From an uncultured Calditrichaceae bacterium (GTDB taxonomy: Bacteria > Calditrichota > Calditrichia > RBG-13-44-9), in the NCBI GenBank assembly GCA_964387645.1, contig CAYLYM010000006.1:355-64354 (forward strand): DNA of 64,000 nucleotides, read 5' to 3'. The position numbers were made by a program, and so were the translations under genes. A model generated the notes under the pieces. The model was given only the letters and a program-made list of their open reading frames with translations, did not search any database and was not told the DNA's origin. Each line of letters opens with the position of its first letter. Within the stretch, counting starts at the first letter, position 1. Shown piece after piece: positions 51,289 to 62,342 of the stretch.

Positions 51289-51789
51289 TTATTCCAATAG
51301 TCCTTTTTTAGTTAACATCACAATTTTCCTTATCACATCTGTAGTAGACCGTCCGGGAATATGAGAGGCTGTATAAACCTGACCTCCATAAGATTGAACA
51401 ACTTCTCTTCCTACCACACCTTCTAAAGTATAATCTCCGCCTTTTACCAGAATATCCGGTTTTAACACCCGAAGAAGAGGAATGGGGGTATCTTCTTCGT
51501 AAATAATGACGTAATCTACCGATGCCAATGCCGCCAGCATTACTGCACGGTCTTCTTGAGCTACAATCGGTCGCGGCTCTCCCCTGATATTTCTGACTGA
51601 TTGATCACTGTTCAATCCCACAATCAGAATATCTCCAAAAGATTTAGCATTCTCCAGATATTCCACATGACCCCGGTGCAGAATATCAAATACTCCATTA
51701 GTAAATACGACCTTCTTTTTGTGTTTGCGGAAATCTTCCCGGATTTGTTTCAACTCCGGCAAAGTCTTTATTTTTTCGTAGATTTTCAT
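51289..51789 (-). CDS. rfaE2: D-glycero-beta-D-manno-heptose 1-phosphate adenylyltransferase (RfaE domain II, stand-alone)
   Basis: Cytidylyltransferase motif TNGVFDILHRGHVEYL. Confidence 0.85.
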   Translation of the reverse strand: MKIYEKIKTLPELKQIREDFRKHKKKVVFTNGVFDILHRGHVEYLENAKSFGDILIVGLNSDQSVRNIRGEPRPIVAQEDRAVMLAALASVDYVIIYEEDTPIPLLRVLKPDILVKGGDYTLEGVVGREVVQSYGGQVYTASHIPGRSTTDVIRKIVMLTKKGLLE

Positions 51790-52006
51790 TGAACCCTAAA
51801 AAGAATTATAATTAAATAATTAATAAGAAAATTACAAAAAGTTTGATAAAAGTACCTTGAAAAAATAGGTTATTTAAATTGAATAATGTTTCTCGTCTAT
51901 TATTTAATTTGACCATAATCAAAATGTTTTATTTAATAAAGTAAAAAGAAAATAATCAATAGCTGATATTGTCAAGCGACAAAAATTATTTTTTTATAAA
52001 ATGTAA

Positions 52007-53014
52007 TTAATCATCAAAATCGTCTTGATGTTTTAAAATCCATTCGATCAAGTGGTCTCTTTCTACTGGTACAACACCTACTTCGCCACAAACCCATCCA
52101 GCAGCAAAATTGGCCAGAGTAACAGCTTCTTTCATATTCGCACCGCCACATAAAGCATAAGTCAAAGTTGCGATAACAGTATCTCCAGCCCCGGAAACAT
52201 CAGCCACTTTTCTGGCTCTTGTTCCAATAAAAACACTTTCCCCATCGGCTGTAAACAAGGCCATTCCTTTAGAACCCCGAGTTATTAATACCGCCTGGCA
52301 GTCCAGCGCTTTTAACAACTTTTGACCTGCCTGCTGTATATTTTCGTCAGAATAAATACGAACAGCAAGAGCCTCCTCTGTTTCTTTTGTGTTTGGTTTA
52401 AAAACCGTCACCTTTTTAAAAGAAAAAAAATTGTTAAATTTGGGATCAACTGTGACAAATTTATTTTTCTTGTTCGCTAATTGAATGATACGCTCTACTA
52501 ACTCCGGGACAATAACACCTTTATTGTAATCCTGAAGAATTATCGCCGACACATCGTTGATTTTTTGCTCCAGGCGGTGAAAAATTTCTTTTTGAATTTC
52601 AGACGGGATAGGTTTGGTAGACTCCCGATCTACTCTGGCAATATGCTGATTATTCCCAATAATGCGAGTTTTCAATGTGGTTGGTCGATCGCTGGATTGA
52701 ACAATCCCTTCAGTCGATAACCCGTTTTCTTGCAACATCTGGATAAATATTTCACCCATACGATCATTACCCACTGTACCAAATAAAACTGGTTTAGCTT
52801 TTAAACCCAATAGATTATAAGCAACATTGGCTGCACCGCCAAAACGAAACTGTGCCGATTCGATATTCACAATAGGAACCGGAGCCTCAGGAGAAATACG
52901 AGTGACCTCACCCCACAAATATTCATCTACCATCAAATCACCCAAAACGAGGATTTCTTTATCTGTGGCTTGACTGGTGATCTCTTGTAATCTCTCTCGA
53001 CTAAAATGAACCAA
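52007..53014 (-). CDS. rfaE1: D-glycero-beta-D-manno-heptose-7-phosphate kinase (RfaE domain I, PfkB family, stand-alone)
   Basis: ILVLGDLMVDEYLWGEVTRISPEAPVP, GAGD motif DVSGAGDTV. Confidence 0.85.
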   Translation of the reverse strand: MVHFSRERLQEITSQATDKEILVLGDLMVDEYLWGEVTRISPEAPVPIVNIESAQFRFGGAANVAYNLLGLKAKPVLFGTVGNDRMGEIFIQMLQENGLSTEGIVQSSDRPTTLKTRIIGNNQHIARVDRESTKPIPSEIQKEIFHRLEQKINDVSAIILQDYNKGVIVPELVERIIQLANKKNKFVTVDPKFNNFFSFKKVTVFKPNTKETEEALAVRIYSDENIQQAGQKLLKALDCQAVLITRGSKGMALFTADGESVFIGTRARKVADVSGAGDTVIATLTYALCGGANMKEAVTLANFAAGWVCGEVGVVPVERDHLIEWILKHQDDFDD

Positions 53015-53168
53015 TGTAACGCTCCTTCCATTGCTTGCAAACTATTCATCCCATTACGGAATGGTTCATCCTTGAACTGTAAAACTGTTTACATGAAGAA
53101 CGATGTTCCATGCATTTACCCATGCTTACTAAAAAATCCTGAAGAAAATGGGATAATAACTTTTTTAA

Positions 53169-53441
53169 CTAATTTTCTATGAACTTGCTGATCAAATTTA
53201 ATATGGGTTCTTTTACAATGCTGACTATAAAAAGAAAAATAAGCAAAGGGAAACCGGTCATGTAAATGAATTTTGTAAATCCAGGAACCCAGGAATAATC
53301 CAGAAGCGGTATGAATGTAATCAAAATAAAGCATAATAAGACATAGTATTCCAATACTCGCATGGCTTTCTTATAATATTTTTCGGCCATTTCTTTTGTC
53401 TGCTCCTTATTCTTTTTTTCCCCAATAGTTTGTTTTTTCAT
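53169..53441 (-). CDS. Small hypothetical membrane protein
   Basis: 90 aa ORF with two hydrophobic segments. Weak support. Confidence 0.3.
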   Translation of the reverse strand: MKKQTIGEKKNKEQTKEMAEKYYKKAMRVLEYYVLLCFILITFIPLLDYSWVPGFTKFIYMTGFPLLIFLFIVSIVKEPILNLISKFIEN

Positions 53442-53966
53442 GCTATACCCTCATCGATATCCCATTTGTACAATATTATTTTTGACATCAGAAAATATTG
53501 CCAGCTAATTGATTCAATCTAAACTGCATGAACATAAATAATTTGCTATCGTGTAAGCAAACAATAATTCCACTCTTCTAAATCATTCAGAACTTTAGTT
53601 AAATCCGTTTCAAAAGTTAATTGGGAAATTTTTATCATCCATTGAATCTACCGAGCATATAAATAAAAAAATTAGTTCTCGCTCAATTTCCAATTTTTGA
53701 AAAATATGTATAGGATTATTTTTTTGGTAATCAACTTCCAAAAGTTTAGCTTTAAAGAGTGAATTTTCATCCAGATACTCTCTTGTTTCACTTCACCCAC
53801 CTAAATTTTTTTATCACCATTATACTGAATAGAGAAATATTTTGGTCCGGCTTTCTTTCTGACAGCACACTGCATAATCGCCGTAGGGATTAACAAGATC
53901 AAATATTTTACAGTTGCGCTCCTTTTAATTTGTTGGTTCTTCGATTGTAATAGATGTTTGGGTAAA

Positions 53967-54872
53967 TTATTCAAGAGAATCTACTTGAATGGATTCCTTT
54001 TTGACTACTTTACGAATTTTTTTCTCAACAATACCATTAGCATCCAGTACTAGATAGGGGACAATCTCGTCTGCACTTCCCAGTGTCCCGAGATTGCGCC
54101 CATTCAACCAAATCTCTACTCCATCGGCTCTCCCTAACATGAATTGCACAGTGCGTCTCGCAGAAATTTTTCTGGTATAACCCGCCGGCATGATATAATC
54201 TGTCGTATCCACCCCATCCCGTATCTCTCGAATCCATGTACGCTCTTTTGCTCTTAATTCGACATTCACCTCTGCAAATCTATTAAATATTCCCACCCTG
54301 CTTTGCTTCATAGTTGGCGTAGACAGGCTATCTTCTTTTTGCATTCGACTAATAAAATCAGATACAGTAATTTCTTTAATAGGTACCTGACTTTTCTCAA
54401 CAAATAAAAATTGCTGATAAGCTAAATACGTTACAATGCCAACGACAATCACGGTAACCGAAATCCAGAAATTTCGGTGAATTCTGTCTAAATTTAAACG
54501 GAAAGGCAATTCTTTCCAAAAAGAGGTTTTTTCTTTATCTTCCCTTGGTGAGGTGGAAGCGATTGTTTTTCCCACTTGTGCATCGGTTTCTGGAATTTTC
54601 TTTTCGGATGAATTATCATGTTCTTTCAATGGTCCACTGCCGAAAAAAAGGTTAAAATCTTTCCAGACTTCCTCTTTATCTTCACCAATTTCCTTAAGAT
54701 ACCGTTTAAACAAAATACGGTCATAACCTTTTGGAAGTTTATTCAGGTTACCCGCTTCAATATCCTGAAGAATCTGTAGTGAAAGGCGACTACGTTTGGA
54801 AATTTCTTCTAGAGTGATTTTCTTTTTTTCTCGAATCTCTTTGAGGTTCTTAAAAAACTCTTTCATTGCCAA
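53967..54872 (-). CDS. rodZ: RodZ-like cytoskeleton protein (HTH_XRE + TM + DUF4115-like C-terminus)
   Basis: N-terminal HTH LKEIREKKKITLEEISKRSRL. Single TM. C-terminal GVEIWLNGRNLGTLG beta-rich domain. Confidence 0.7.
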   Translation of the reverse strand: MAMKEFFKNLKEIREKKKITLEEISKRSRLSLQILQDIEAGNLNKLPKGYDRILFKRYLKEIGEDKEEVWKDFNLFFGSGPLKEHDNSSEKKIPETDAQVGKTIASTSPREDKEKTSFWKELPFRLNLDRIHRNFWISVTVIVVGIVTYLAYQQFLFVEKSQVPIKEITVSDFISRMQKEDSLSTPTMKQSRVGIFNRFAEVNVELRAKERTWIREIRDGVDTTDYIMPAGYTRKISARRTVQFMLGRADGVEIWLNGRNLGTLGSADEIVPYLVLDANGIVEKKIRKVVKKESIQVDSLE

Positions 54873-54887
54873 AAAATTTCCTTGTAG

Positions 54888-56606
54888 TTAACGTAAATCT
54901 TTGAGCCTGAGTTGAAGATGGGTTTGTCCATTCCATTTATTTTCTTCAACTACATAGGCACAATCGATTCTTCCATTTCCTTTTTCAATTATATTAATGT
55001 AATCACCCATATTAAAACCGATAGCGTCTAAAACAATGCCATCCTGTTCCACTTTCATCTTAAGATGATTTGAACCAACTATTGTGGGTGTTCCATGCAC
55101 TTGTAGATTTCTGGATACAAAAACAGGACGCATATTCATAGGACCAAATGGGCCAAGTAGTTTTAGTAATCGAATAAAACGTGGGGTAAAATCCCGGAAA
55201 GATATCTCTGCATCCACATGTAAACATGCAGTTAGATTTTCTGGTGTCAGCGTATTCGAAGCAACTTCTTTAAAACACTCTACAAATTTTGGTATTTTTT
55301 TTTCATCAATAGTAAGTCCAGCTGCATATTTATGTCCACCAAAACCGCTTAGCAGGTGAGAACATTCTCGAATAGCTTCATATATGTTAAAATTGGCTAT
55401 GCTTCGAGCACTTCCTTTACCGATGCCGTCCATGATTGTGATCATAATAGTTGGTCGATAAAACTTTTCTACCAAGCGGGAAGCGACAATCCCGATAACA
55501 CCGGGATGCCAATCTTTCTTATAGACAACAAAGGCCCGGTCATTCTCTGGGTCCAGTTTGTTTTCTACAATATTCAAGGCTTCTTTAAAGGTAATTTCAT
55601 CGATATTCCGTCGTAAACGATTTTCTCGTTCTAATTCTCGTGCAAACATTCGTGCTTGTTGGAGGCTTTGGGCAGTGAGCAATTGAACGGCCCGACGGGC
55701 ATCTCCCAACCGGCCTACCGCATTAATTCTGGGTGCAAAAACAAAAACGATCAATCCCACAGTGACTTCTTTTTGGCTCAATCCAGAAGTCTCTAACAAC
55801 GCCCGTACCCCATATCGAGGATTATAATTAATTTTGTCTAGTCCATGGCGAACCAAAATTCGATTTTCATCGATTAAAGGAACGATATCTGCTGAGCTCC
55901 CAATAGCTACCAAATCAAGATACTCGTCCAATTCACCCTGAGGCATATTTAATTTTTGGTAAAGTCCTTGTAACAATTTGAAGGCTACACCTACACCCGC
56001 TAATTCTTTAAATGGATAGGAACAATCTGGCCGTTTTGGATCGCATAATGCAATAGCCGGAGGCAGCTCTTCACCAGGTTGATGATGATCGCACACGATA
56101 GTATCCATTCCCAACTCTTTAGCTAATCTAATTTCATCTACAGCTGTGATTCCGCAATCAACTGTAATAATGAGAGAAATTCCTTTTTCTGCTGCTTCTC
56201 GAATGCTGCCCTCCGAAAGACCATACCCTTCCGTCATCCGGTCGGGGATATAATACGAAACTTTAGGACCAACCAGGCGGGAAAGTACCAGATAAAGCAG
56301 CGATGCCCCACAAACACCATCTACATCATAATCGCCATAGATGAGGATATTTTCTCCGGAACTTAAGGCATGGTAAAGACGGTCAACCGCTTTATCCATG
56401 TCTCTCATCAAAAAAGGATCATGAAGATTTTCCAGATCGGGGCGAAAAAAAATACGGGCTTTATCGAATGAATCAATTTTTCGATTCAAAAGCACGCGAG
56501 CCAAAATAGTTGGAACCGCCAATTCCCTGGCTATTTTATTAATGGTTTCTTCATCATAGTCGCAATTGAATACCCATTTGTACTCCATTCTTACACCTAT
56601 GTACAT
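54888..56606 (-). CDS. recJ: Single-stranded-DNA-specific exonuclease RecJ (DHH/DHHA1)
   Basis: DHH motifs ILIYGDYDVDGV, ITVDCG, IVCDHHQP. DHHA1 GGHKYAAG. Confidence 0.9.
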   Translation of the reverse strand: MYIGVRMEYKWVFNCDYDEETINKIARELAVPTILARVLLNRKIDSFDKARIFFRPDLENLHDPFLMRDMDKAVDRLYHALSSGENILIYGDYDVDGVCGASLLYLVLSRLVGPKVSYYIPDRMTEGYGLSEGSIREAAEKGISLIITVDCGITAVDEIRLAKELGMDTIVCDHHQPGEELPPAIALCDPKRPDCSYPFKELAGVGVAFKLLQGLYQKLNMPQGELDEYLDLVAIGSSADIVPLIDENRILVRHGLDKINYNPRYGVRALLETSGLSQKEVTVGLIVFVFAPRINAVGRLGDARRAVQLLTAQSLQQARMFARELERENRLRRNIDEITFKEALNIVENKLDPENDRAFVVYKKDWHPGVIGIVASRLVEKFYRPTIMITIMDGIGKGSARSIANFNIYEAIRECSHLLSGFGGHKYAAGLTIDEKKIPKFVECFKEVASNTLTPENLTACLHVDAEISFRDFTPRFIRLLKLLGPFGPMNMRPVFVSRNLQVHGTPTIVGSNHLKMKVEQDGIVLDAIGFNMGDYINIIEKGNGRIDCAYVVEENKWNGQTHLQLRLKDLR

Positions 56607-56921
56607 TATATATTTTCATTTCTTTATTTTCTTTTTTTTTCTCAAAAATATAAACCATTCCTATCATACTATTTTTATTGATTCTAAAAAATAATTTTAA
56701 TATTCAAAAATTAGAATAGCAAATGCTTTTTCAGTTTGTATTTATTCACAAAATTTATTTAGATTATACATTTTTTCACATATATACTACCAGGAACAGA
56801 AGTAACCTGAACAATATTTTTCCATAACTCTATTTTGTTTCATTCGATTACAAGTCGAATACTGGTTGCATTTAAGCCAACTTAAATTTAAATTTGTTAC
56901 AAATTTATCGGGGATAATAAC

Positions 56922-57566
56922 ATGAAGAAGATCATATTCATTTTTTTAATATTATTTTCACTTTCTGAGGTTGTCTTTGCAAAAACTCCTTTTACTGAAT
57001 TTAAAGTAGGGTATTTAGATCCCCGGGACACTAAGGCAGGTTATATTTTTGGTATTAATGTTGGCAGAATGATTGATGAAAGTTTGAGCTGGAGCTTTGA
57101 ACTTAATTATTTTCAAAAAAATTATAAAAAAATTACCGATGTAGCGGTAAGCCAGAATGGCCTTAATCGATACTCAACTAAAGAACTCCGCGTTGAGCTT
57201 ACTTCCAGAATCGTTCCCCTTTTTCTAAAATTAAACTATGAACATTCTGTAAGACCAGGAAGTCCACTCTACGCTCGAGCTTCTGGAGGAGTGGGTTGGG
57301 AATTTGTTTGGAACAAAGAGAACAATTACGACACCAATCAATTTAAAAACCGTTTTTTTAATGGATTTGGCTGGCAACTGAGTGGAGGATTGGGATTCGA
57401 GATAAGTTCTTCGGCCAATTTGTTTATAGATGCATTTTACAACGAATCTAAGGTAAAACGAAATAAAAAAACAAACTCTTTAGGATATCCTACCTGGGAA
57501 GAATTGGATATCTCTGGTTTGGGAGTTCGATTAGGAATTAGCATTGTTGGATTTGGATGGTTATAA
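56922..57566 (+). CDS. Outer-membrane beta-barrel protein (OmpA-like/porin-family fold), signal peptide
   Basis: Signal peptide MKKIIFIFLILFSLSEVVFA. Alternating amphipathic beta-strand pattern with aromatic girdle. Ends in GFGWL. Confidence 0.55.
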   Translation: MKKIIFIFLILFSLSEVVFAKTPFTEFKVGYLDPRDTKAGYIFGINVGRMIDESLSWSFELNYFQKNYKKITDVAVSQNGLNRYSTKELRVELTSRIVPLFLKLNYEHSVRPGSPLYARASGGVGWEFVWNKENNYDTNQFKNRFFNGFGWQLSGGLGFEISSSANLFIDAFYNESKVKRNKKTNSLGYPTWEELDISGLGVRLGISIVGFGWL

Positions 57567-58845
57567 TTTGAACAGGTTGTTATTAACCAATATAAATATT
57601 TTTAATAAGAAAATTTTTTTACGAATACTTTTTTTGATTTTTCTTTTTGTTTTTGGGTGTGCCCGCCAGGTGCGGCAAATACGGCGCATTCCACAAAAAG
57701 CTCCTACACCCTCGATTCGGGTAGCCTTGAATGAAAATTTTAGAACAGGGAAGCTTCTTTTTAAAGGGAAGTTTAAGCTTCGGACCGAGGAAGCAACCTA
57801 TGTACTGGATGAATCGGTTGGTGAATTTACCGTAAAATTTCAGCAAAAGCATTTGAGTTTTCGTAGTCCTCGCCGCCAATTTAATTTCAGAAATTTCAGG
57901 AAAATCGTCTTTTACCCGGAGGGCAAAGGCGTCTTTTATTGGAATGGAATCCCCTATTCTGGTGAAATTCTTTTCGTACTAAAAGGTAAAAATATTGTTG
58001 TTATCAATAAACTGCTTTTATCCGAGTATTTGAAAGGTGTTATTCCATCCGAAATACCCAGCCATAATGAAGAGTACTTTCAAGCAATTAAAGCCCAGGC
58101 TGTTGCTGCTCGTACTTACGCCCTGTATCACATTAAACATCCTAATTCAAACTTGTTTGATGTTTATGCCGATTCTCGCGATCAGGTTTATCAGGGTAAA
58201 CGAATAGAAACTCCTCTGGCAGATAAAGCTGTTGAAGAAACAGCAGGATTAATTTTAATGACAAGAGATGGGAGATATATTGAAACGCAATTTCACTCTA
58301 CTTGTGGTGGCATGTTGGAAATGCGTGACGATTATGGAGGTAATATCACCAGAAATAAAGGTTTTTTAAACGATAAAACTGAAGATGAATACAATTGCGT
58401 GACCTCGCCACTTTATCGTTGGGTTGAAAAAGTTGATACACGGGATATTCTGCGAAATTTAGTCCAATTGAAAAAACTTTCTTTTACTCAGGCCCAAAAA
58501 TTGCAACAAAACGGATTTGTTTTAGATATTCAGATTCTATCGCGCCGACCCTCCGGGCGAATTGATCGTCTAATAATCCAAATTAATGAACAATCCTTCA
58601 TTTTAAATGAACGGCAAATTCGTCGTGTATTGTCTCCTGTTCCGGACAAACCATTACCCAGTTCATTAATTCTCTTCAAGAGCATTCCCAGTCAACCAGA
58701 CCAATTTTTTATTATTGGAGCAGGTTTTGGACATGGTAAAGGATTGTGTCAATGGGGAGCTATTGGAATGGCATTGAAAAAAAAATCATTTGAAGAAATT
58801 CTATCCTTCTATTATCCTGATCTGGTTTTAAAGAAGGAGTATTAA
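57544..58845 (+). CDS. SpoIID/LytB-domain protein (lytic transglycosylase/amidase enhancer)
   Basis: SpoIID signature EYFQAIKAQAVAARTYAL. Confidence 0.8.
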   Translation: MLDLDGYNLNRLLLTNINIFNKKIFLRILFLIFLFVFGCARQVRQIRRIPQKAPTPSIRVALNENFRTGKLLFKGKFKLRTEEATYVLDESVGEFTVKFQQKHLSFRSPRRQFNFRNFRKIVFYPEGKGVFYWNGIPYSGEILFVLKGKNIVVINKLLLSEYLKGVIPSEIPSHNEEYFQAIKAQAVAARTYALYHIKHPNSNLFDVYADSRDQVYQGKRIETPLADKAVEETAGLILMTRDGRYIETQFHSTCGGMLEMRDDYGGNITRNKGFLNDKTEDEYNCVTSPLYRWVEKVDTRDILRNLVQLKKLSFTQAQKLQQNGFVLDIQILSRRPSGRIDRLIIQINEQSFILNERQIRRVLSPVPDKPLPSSLILFKSIPSQPDQFFIIGAGFGHGKGLCQWGAIGMALKKKSFEEILSFYYPDLVLKKEY

Positions 58846-58883
58846 TACAAGCATTTTTTGTTTACTAAAAAAGAGAGCAGAAT

Positions 58884-59627
58884 ATGTATTTTAATAAAAT
58901 CGCTTATATCAAATTAACCATTTTTTTATTATTCATTTTTTTTCAAAATTTGGTTTTCGGACAAACATCCACCCGATTAAAAGAAATACTTTGGCGTAAT
59001 GATTTCCACCAAATGATATCTTACTTTGGAGAAGATCACATTACTTTGAAAGATCCAGGAGAAATACAAAAACAAAAAGAGGCGCGTTCATTTATTGAAA
59101 AAGAAGGTTTGCGAGTGCAGGTTTTTGCTGGAAGCGATACAATTCATGCTGAAAATGTAGCGCGACAACTACAGGAATTGAAGTTGGATTCCGTTTATGT
59201 GATCCATGAAAATAATCTGTTCAAAGTTCAAATTGGAAATTTTTCAGAGCGATTAGAAGCCGAAAAAATGCTGGATCGTTTGCGTTATCTTGGCATCACC
59301 AATGCCTGGATTGTCAATGCCACAATTCATGTACCTAAGGGTCATGCTTTTTCTGAGCAGAAAAAAGTTGTCACCCGAGAAGAAAAAATAGGAACGAAAT
59401 TTATTTATGCAATTCAGGTTTTCGTCACTGGTAGTCCTGATAAAGCTAGATCTCTGCAAAAAGCATTAAGGAATAAATTCCCTTACCCCATTTGGTTAGT
59501 TCAACAAGATCAATTATGGAAAATCCTGGTTGGTAAATTTCAAGACAGAGAAAAAGCTCAACAGGCCCTGGAAAACATTCAATCTTCTGGAATAACAGAT
59601 GCCTGGATCACCCAGGTAAATGATTAA
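58884..59627 (+). CDS. SPOR-domain (peptidoglycan-binding) protein, two SPOR repeats
   Basis: Two RVQVFAGSD.../AIQVFVTGSPDKA... beta-alpha-beta-beta SPOR-like units. Confidence 0.7.
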   Translation: MYFNKIAYIKLTIFLLFIFFQNLVFGQTSTRLKEILWRNDFHQMISYFGEDHITLKDPGEIQKQKEARSFIEKEGLRVQVFAGSDTIHAENVARQLQELKLDSVYVIHENNLFKVQIGNFSERLEAEKMLDRLRYLGITNAWIVNATIHVPKGHAFSEQKKVVTREEKIGTKFIYAIQVFVTGSPDKARSLQKALRNKFPYPIWLVQQDQLWKILVGKFQDREKAQQALENIQSSGITDAWITQVND

Positions 59628-59949
59628 AGTTTTAATGTGATTTGATTTAATCCAGTTCTCTTAACCCGGGATTTTCTCTCTTCTTTTCAAAATATTACTA
59701 AATCAAAGTGACTATGTATAATATCGGTGTATTCTGGGATAATAAGGTGTGATATTATCCGCAAGATTTTGGTGAATGAGTAGTTGTGAGTGGTTGAAAA
59801 AAAGCAAAGGATAACTGGATTATTTTCAAATATTAAAGAAACATGAGTTAGGAAAAGAGTTTTTCTTTGTATTTTATGTTAAGCATCTGTATTTATTTTT
59901 TGACATCTTATAGAGAATTCATTAACTTGAAAAAAAAAGAAAGACAATT

Positions 59950-60294
59950 ATGGAAATTAAATATGCAGTAGAGACAAGAGGAAATGTTCTGATTTTTACG
60001 ATTTTACAGAATGAAATAAATAAAAATCAGGTAGCATCTTTAAAAGAAAAGCTTTTTTTAGAAATTGCAGATAGGAATAGTAAAATCGTTTTGAATTTGA
60101 AGCATGTACAAACTATTGATAGTTCAGGTCTGGGTGCTATATTGTTTGGAACCAGGCAGGCCCGTAATGCCGGTGGAAATCTGGTGCTAGCAACAGTGAA
60201 TCCTAAGGTTGAAACTATGATTCGCATTGCACAATTAGACCGAGTTTTTGATATTTTTACTTCAATAGAAGAAGCTGTTTCATTTTTTGAGTAG
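59950..60294 (+). CDS. STAS-domain anti-sigma-factor antagonist (SpoIIAA-like)
   Basis: TIDSSGLGAILFG with conserved phosphorylatable Ser context. Confidence 0.8.
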   Translation: MEIKYAVETRGNVLIFTILQNEINKNQVASLKEKLFLEIADRNSKIVLNLKHVQTIDSSGLGAILFGTRQARNAGGNLVLATVNPKVETMIRIAQLDRVFDIFTSIEEAVSFFE

Positions 60295-60375
60295 ATATAG
60301 TAGAGAACCATGTCCCTTTTTTCTGGTATAATAGACAAAATTATTTAATATGAATAGGGGTAATAAAATAATTTT

Positions 60376-61305
60376 ATGTGCCAGGATGAGAAAAAAAATA
60401 GAAGAATAATTTATTTTTCCATTATTGTTTCAATCCTTATTCATATTCTAGGATTAATTTTACTGAATTATGAAACCCTTTTGAGTTCAGCTATTGAACA
60501 ACAAACACCAATTTCGGAACCATTAGAATTGGTCTTTGAGCAAACCCAATCTAAAGAGCTCCAACCAAAATTACCGGATCAATTTTATGAGTTAGTTGAG
60601 AATCCCAATGCCACTGGAGATATTCCCAAGGCTTCTGGGAGGCTTTCTACTGAATCTTCTCTTTCGCAGGCTCCTGTAATTCAACCTGGTGAACTCCATG
60701 CCATCCCGGGTGAGGAAACAGAAAGTATCAACAAATCTTCTTCACGAGAATCAGGACAGGAGGAATCCTCGGATTCCCAGATTCGAGAAGCGGTAGAGAA
60801 TGCTTTATTGGCTTATAAAGAGTCACACATTTTTAATCGTTCTGCCTTAACTGGAAAAATCGATTCCCCTAAGGGTAATACATCTCAAGAAGAACAGACT
60901 GAAGAAGCTGAAACGTTAGGGGAGAGTTCTTTGAGTCCAAAAGGATTTAATGCCGATTTAGTGGGTGACTTCGCTTTAAGTACTTATTCCTGGAATTGGG
61001 CTCCCTACTGGTTGGCTTTTAAGCGGAAATTGTTACGAGTATGGATGGCACCTCCTGCTTATTACCAGTTGGGTTTAATTCATGGTTACACCATAGTTCG
61101 TCTTAAAGTTGATCGACAGGGAAATATGACTGATCTAAAAGTTTTGCAACAGGTGGGACATCAGTCACTTCAACAAAGTTCGGTAAATGCTCTCTATGCG
61201 ACTTTTCCCTTTAAACCATTACCAGAAGATTTCCCGGATGAATATCTGGAAGTAACCATAAAAATGGTGTATCCGGATTTGAGACGACTTAGAGCCTACC
61301 AGTAG
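60376..61305 (+). CDS. TonB-like energy transducer (N-terminal TM, acidic/Pro linker, TonB_C-like domain)
   Basis: TM IIYFSIIVSILIHILGLILL. Glu/Ser/Pro-rich spacer. C-terminal YTIVRLKVDRQGNMTDLKVLQQVGHQSLQQSSVNAL resembles the TonB C-terminal fold. Confidence 0.6.
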   Translation: MCQDEKKNRRIIYFSIIVSILIHILGLILLNYETLLSSAIEQQTPISEPLELVFEQTQSKELQPKLPDQFYELVENPNATGDIPKASGRLSTESSLSQAPVIQPGELHAIPGEETESINKSSSRESGQEESSDSQIREAVENALLAYKESHIFNRSALTGKIDSPKGNTSQEEQTEEAETLGESSLSPKGFNADLVGDFALSTYSWNWAPYWLAFKRKLLRVWMAPPAYYQLGLIHGYTIVRLKVDRQGNMTDLKVLQQVGHQSLQQSSVNALYATFPFKPLPEDFPDEYLEVTIKMVYPDLRRLRAYQ

Positions 61306-61406
61306 TTTTCTCAGAAATATTTAATCTATTTGGATTGTCTTATTTTTATCAAGAAATTAATACTATGTATTTTGGGGCAGGGTAAAAGTGTTTAATTGGA
61401 GAGATT

Positions 61407-62072
61407 ATGTTTGAGTTGTTTTCTAAAGGTGGCATAATTATGTATCCGCTGCTGTTGAGCTCGATTGTTGCTCTGGCAGTAATTATAGAAAGATTGTGGT
61501 TCTTACGCCGCAAAAAAATTCTGGTACCGGAAATTATCAATGTGTTGGATAAGATTAATTCAACTGCCGAATTGAATATCGTAAGCTCGATCTGCGAAAA
61601 GATGCCTGGACCTTTTGCTCGGATAATTCGTTTGTGCCTTGATAATCAGGATCTGCCACCAGATGAATTACGGGCTTTAGTGGAAGACGAAGGCCGCCAG
61701 GAAGTGCGTATCCTGGAAAGAGGATTGGTTACCCTGGAAACTGTGGCGGCTGTGGCTCCATTAATGGGACTTTTGGGAACTGTTATTGGGATGATTAAGG
61801 TATTCAATATCATTCAAACATTAGGTGTTGGTCAGGCTAAAGCTTTATCAGGAGGTATCTCAGAGGCTCTGATTACTACAGCAACCGGGTTGGTTGTCGG
61901 TATTCTAGCATTGATCGCCTATAATTATTTCCGCCACCGTTCTGAAGCATTTATTTTAGATATTGAAAAATATGTTATTCTTCTATTAAATAAACTTATT
62001 CGCTTTAAGCGCGAAAATGAAAATGTGGAATTTGATAGTCTGAATTTAAAAACAAAGCAAGATCTTCGTTAA
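61407..62072 (+). CDS. exbB: MotA/TolQ/ExbB proton-channel protein
   Basis: ETVAAVAPLMGLLGTVIGMIKVF...TTATGLVVGILALIAYNYF. Confidence 0.8.
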   Translation: MFELFSKGGIIMYPLLLSSIVALAVIIERLWFLRRKKILVPEIINVLDKINSTAELNIVSSICEKMPGPFARIIRLCLDNQDLPPDELRALVEDEGRQEVRILERGLVTLETVAAVAPLMGLLGTVIGMIKVFNIIQTLGVGQAKALSGGISEALITTATGLVVGILALIAYNYFRHRSEAFILDIEKYVILLLNKLIRFKRENENVEFDSLNLKTKQDLR

Positions 62073-62342
62073 AAAATATCCTTAAAATATTTTTTTCTAA
62101 CCTACCTTTATTAATCAGACATTTTGTTAATCGTTTGTTTTGTCCTTAATTTAAAAAATTTTCCTGGAGGAAATTGAATTTATTGGAAGTATTTTTTCAG
62201 ATTTCTATACTTAATCCTTTTGAGGAAAATAAGCGTTTTGTTAAAATAAATGATATCTATTATTTTGTTAGATAGTGGTTATATTAAATAATGAAATTTT
62301 ATTTATATAAAAACAATTTATAGAGCAAAAGTAAAATGAGAG

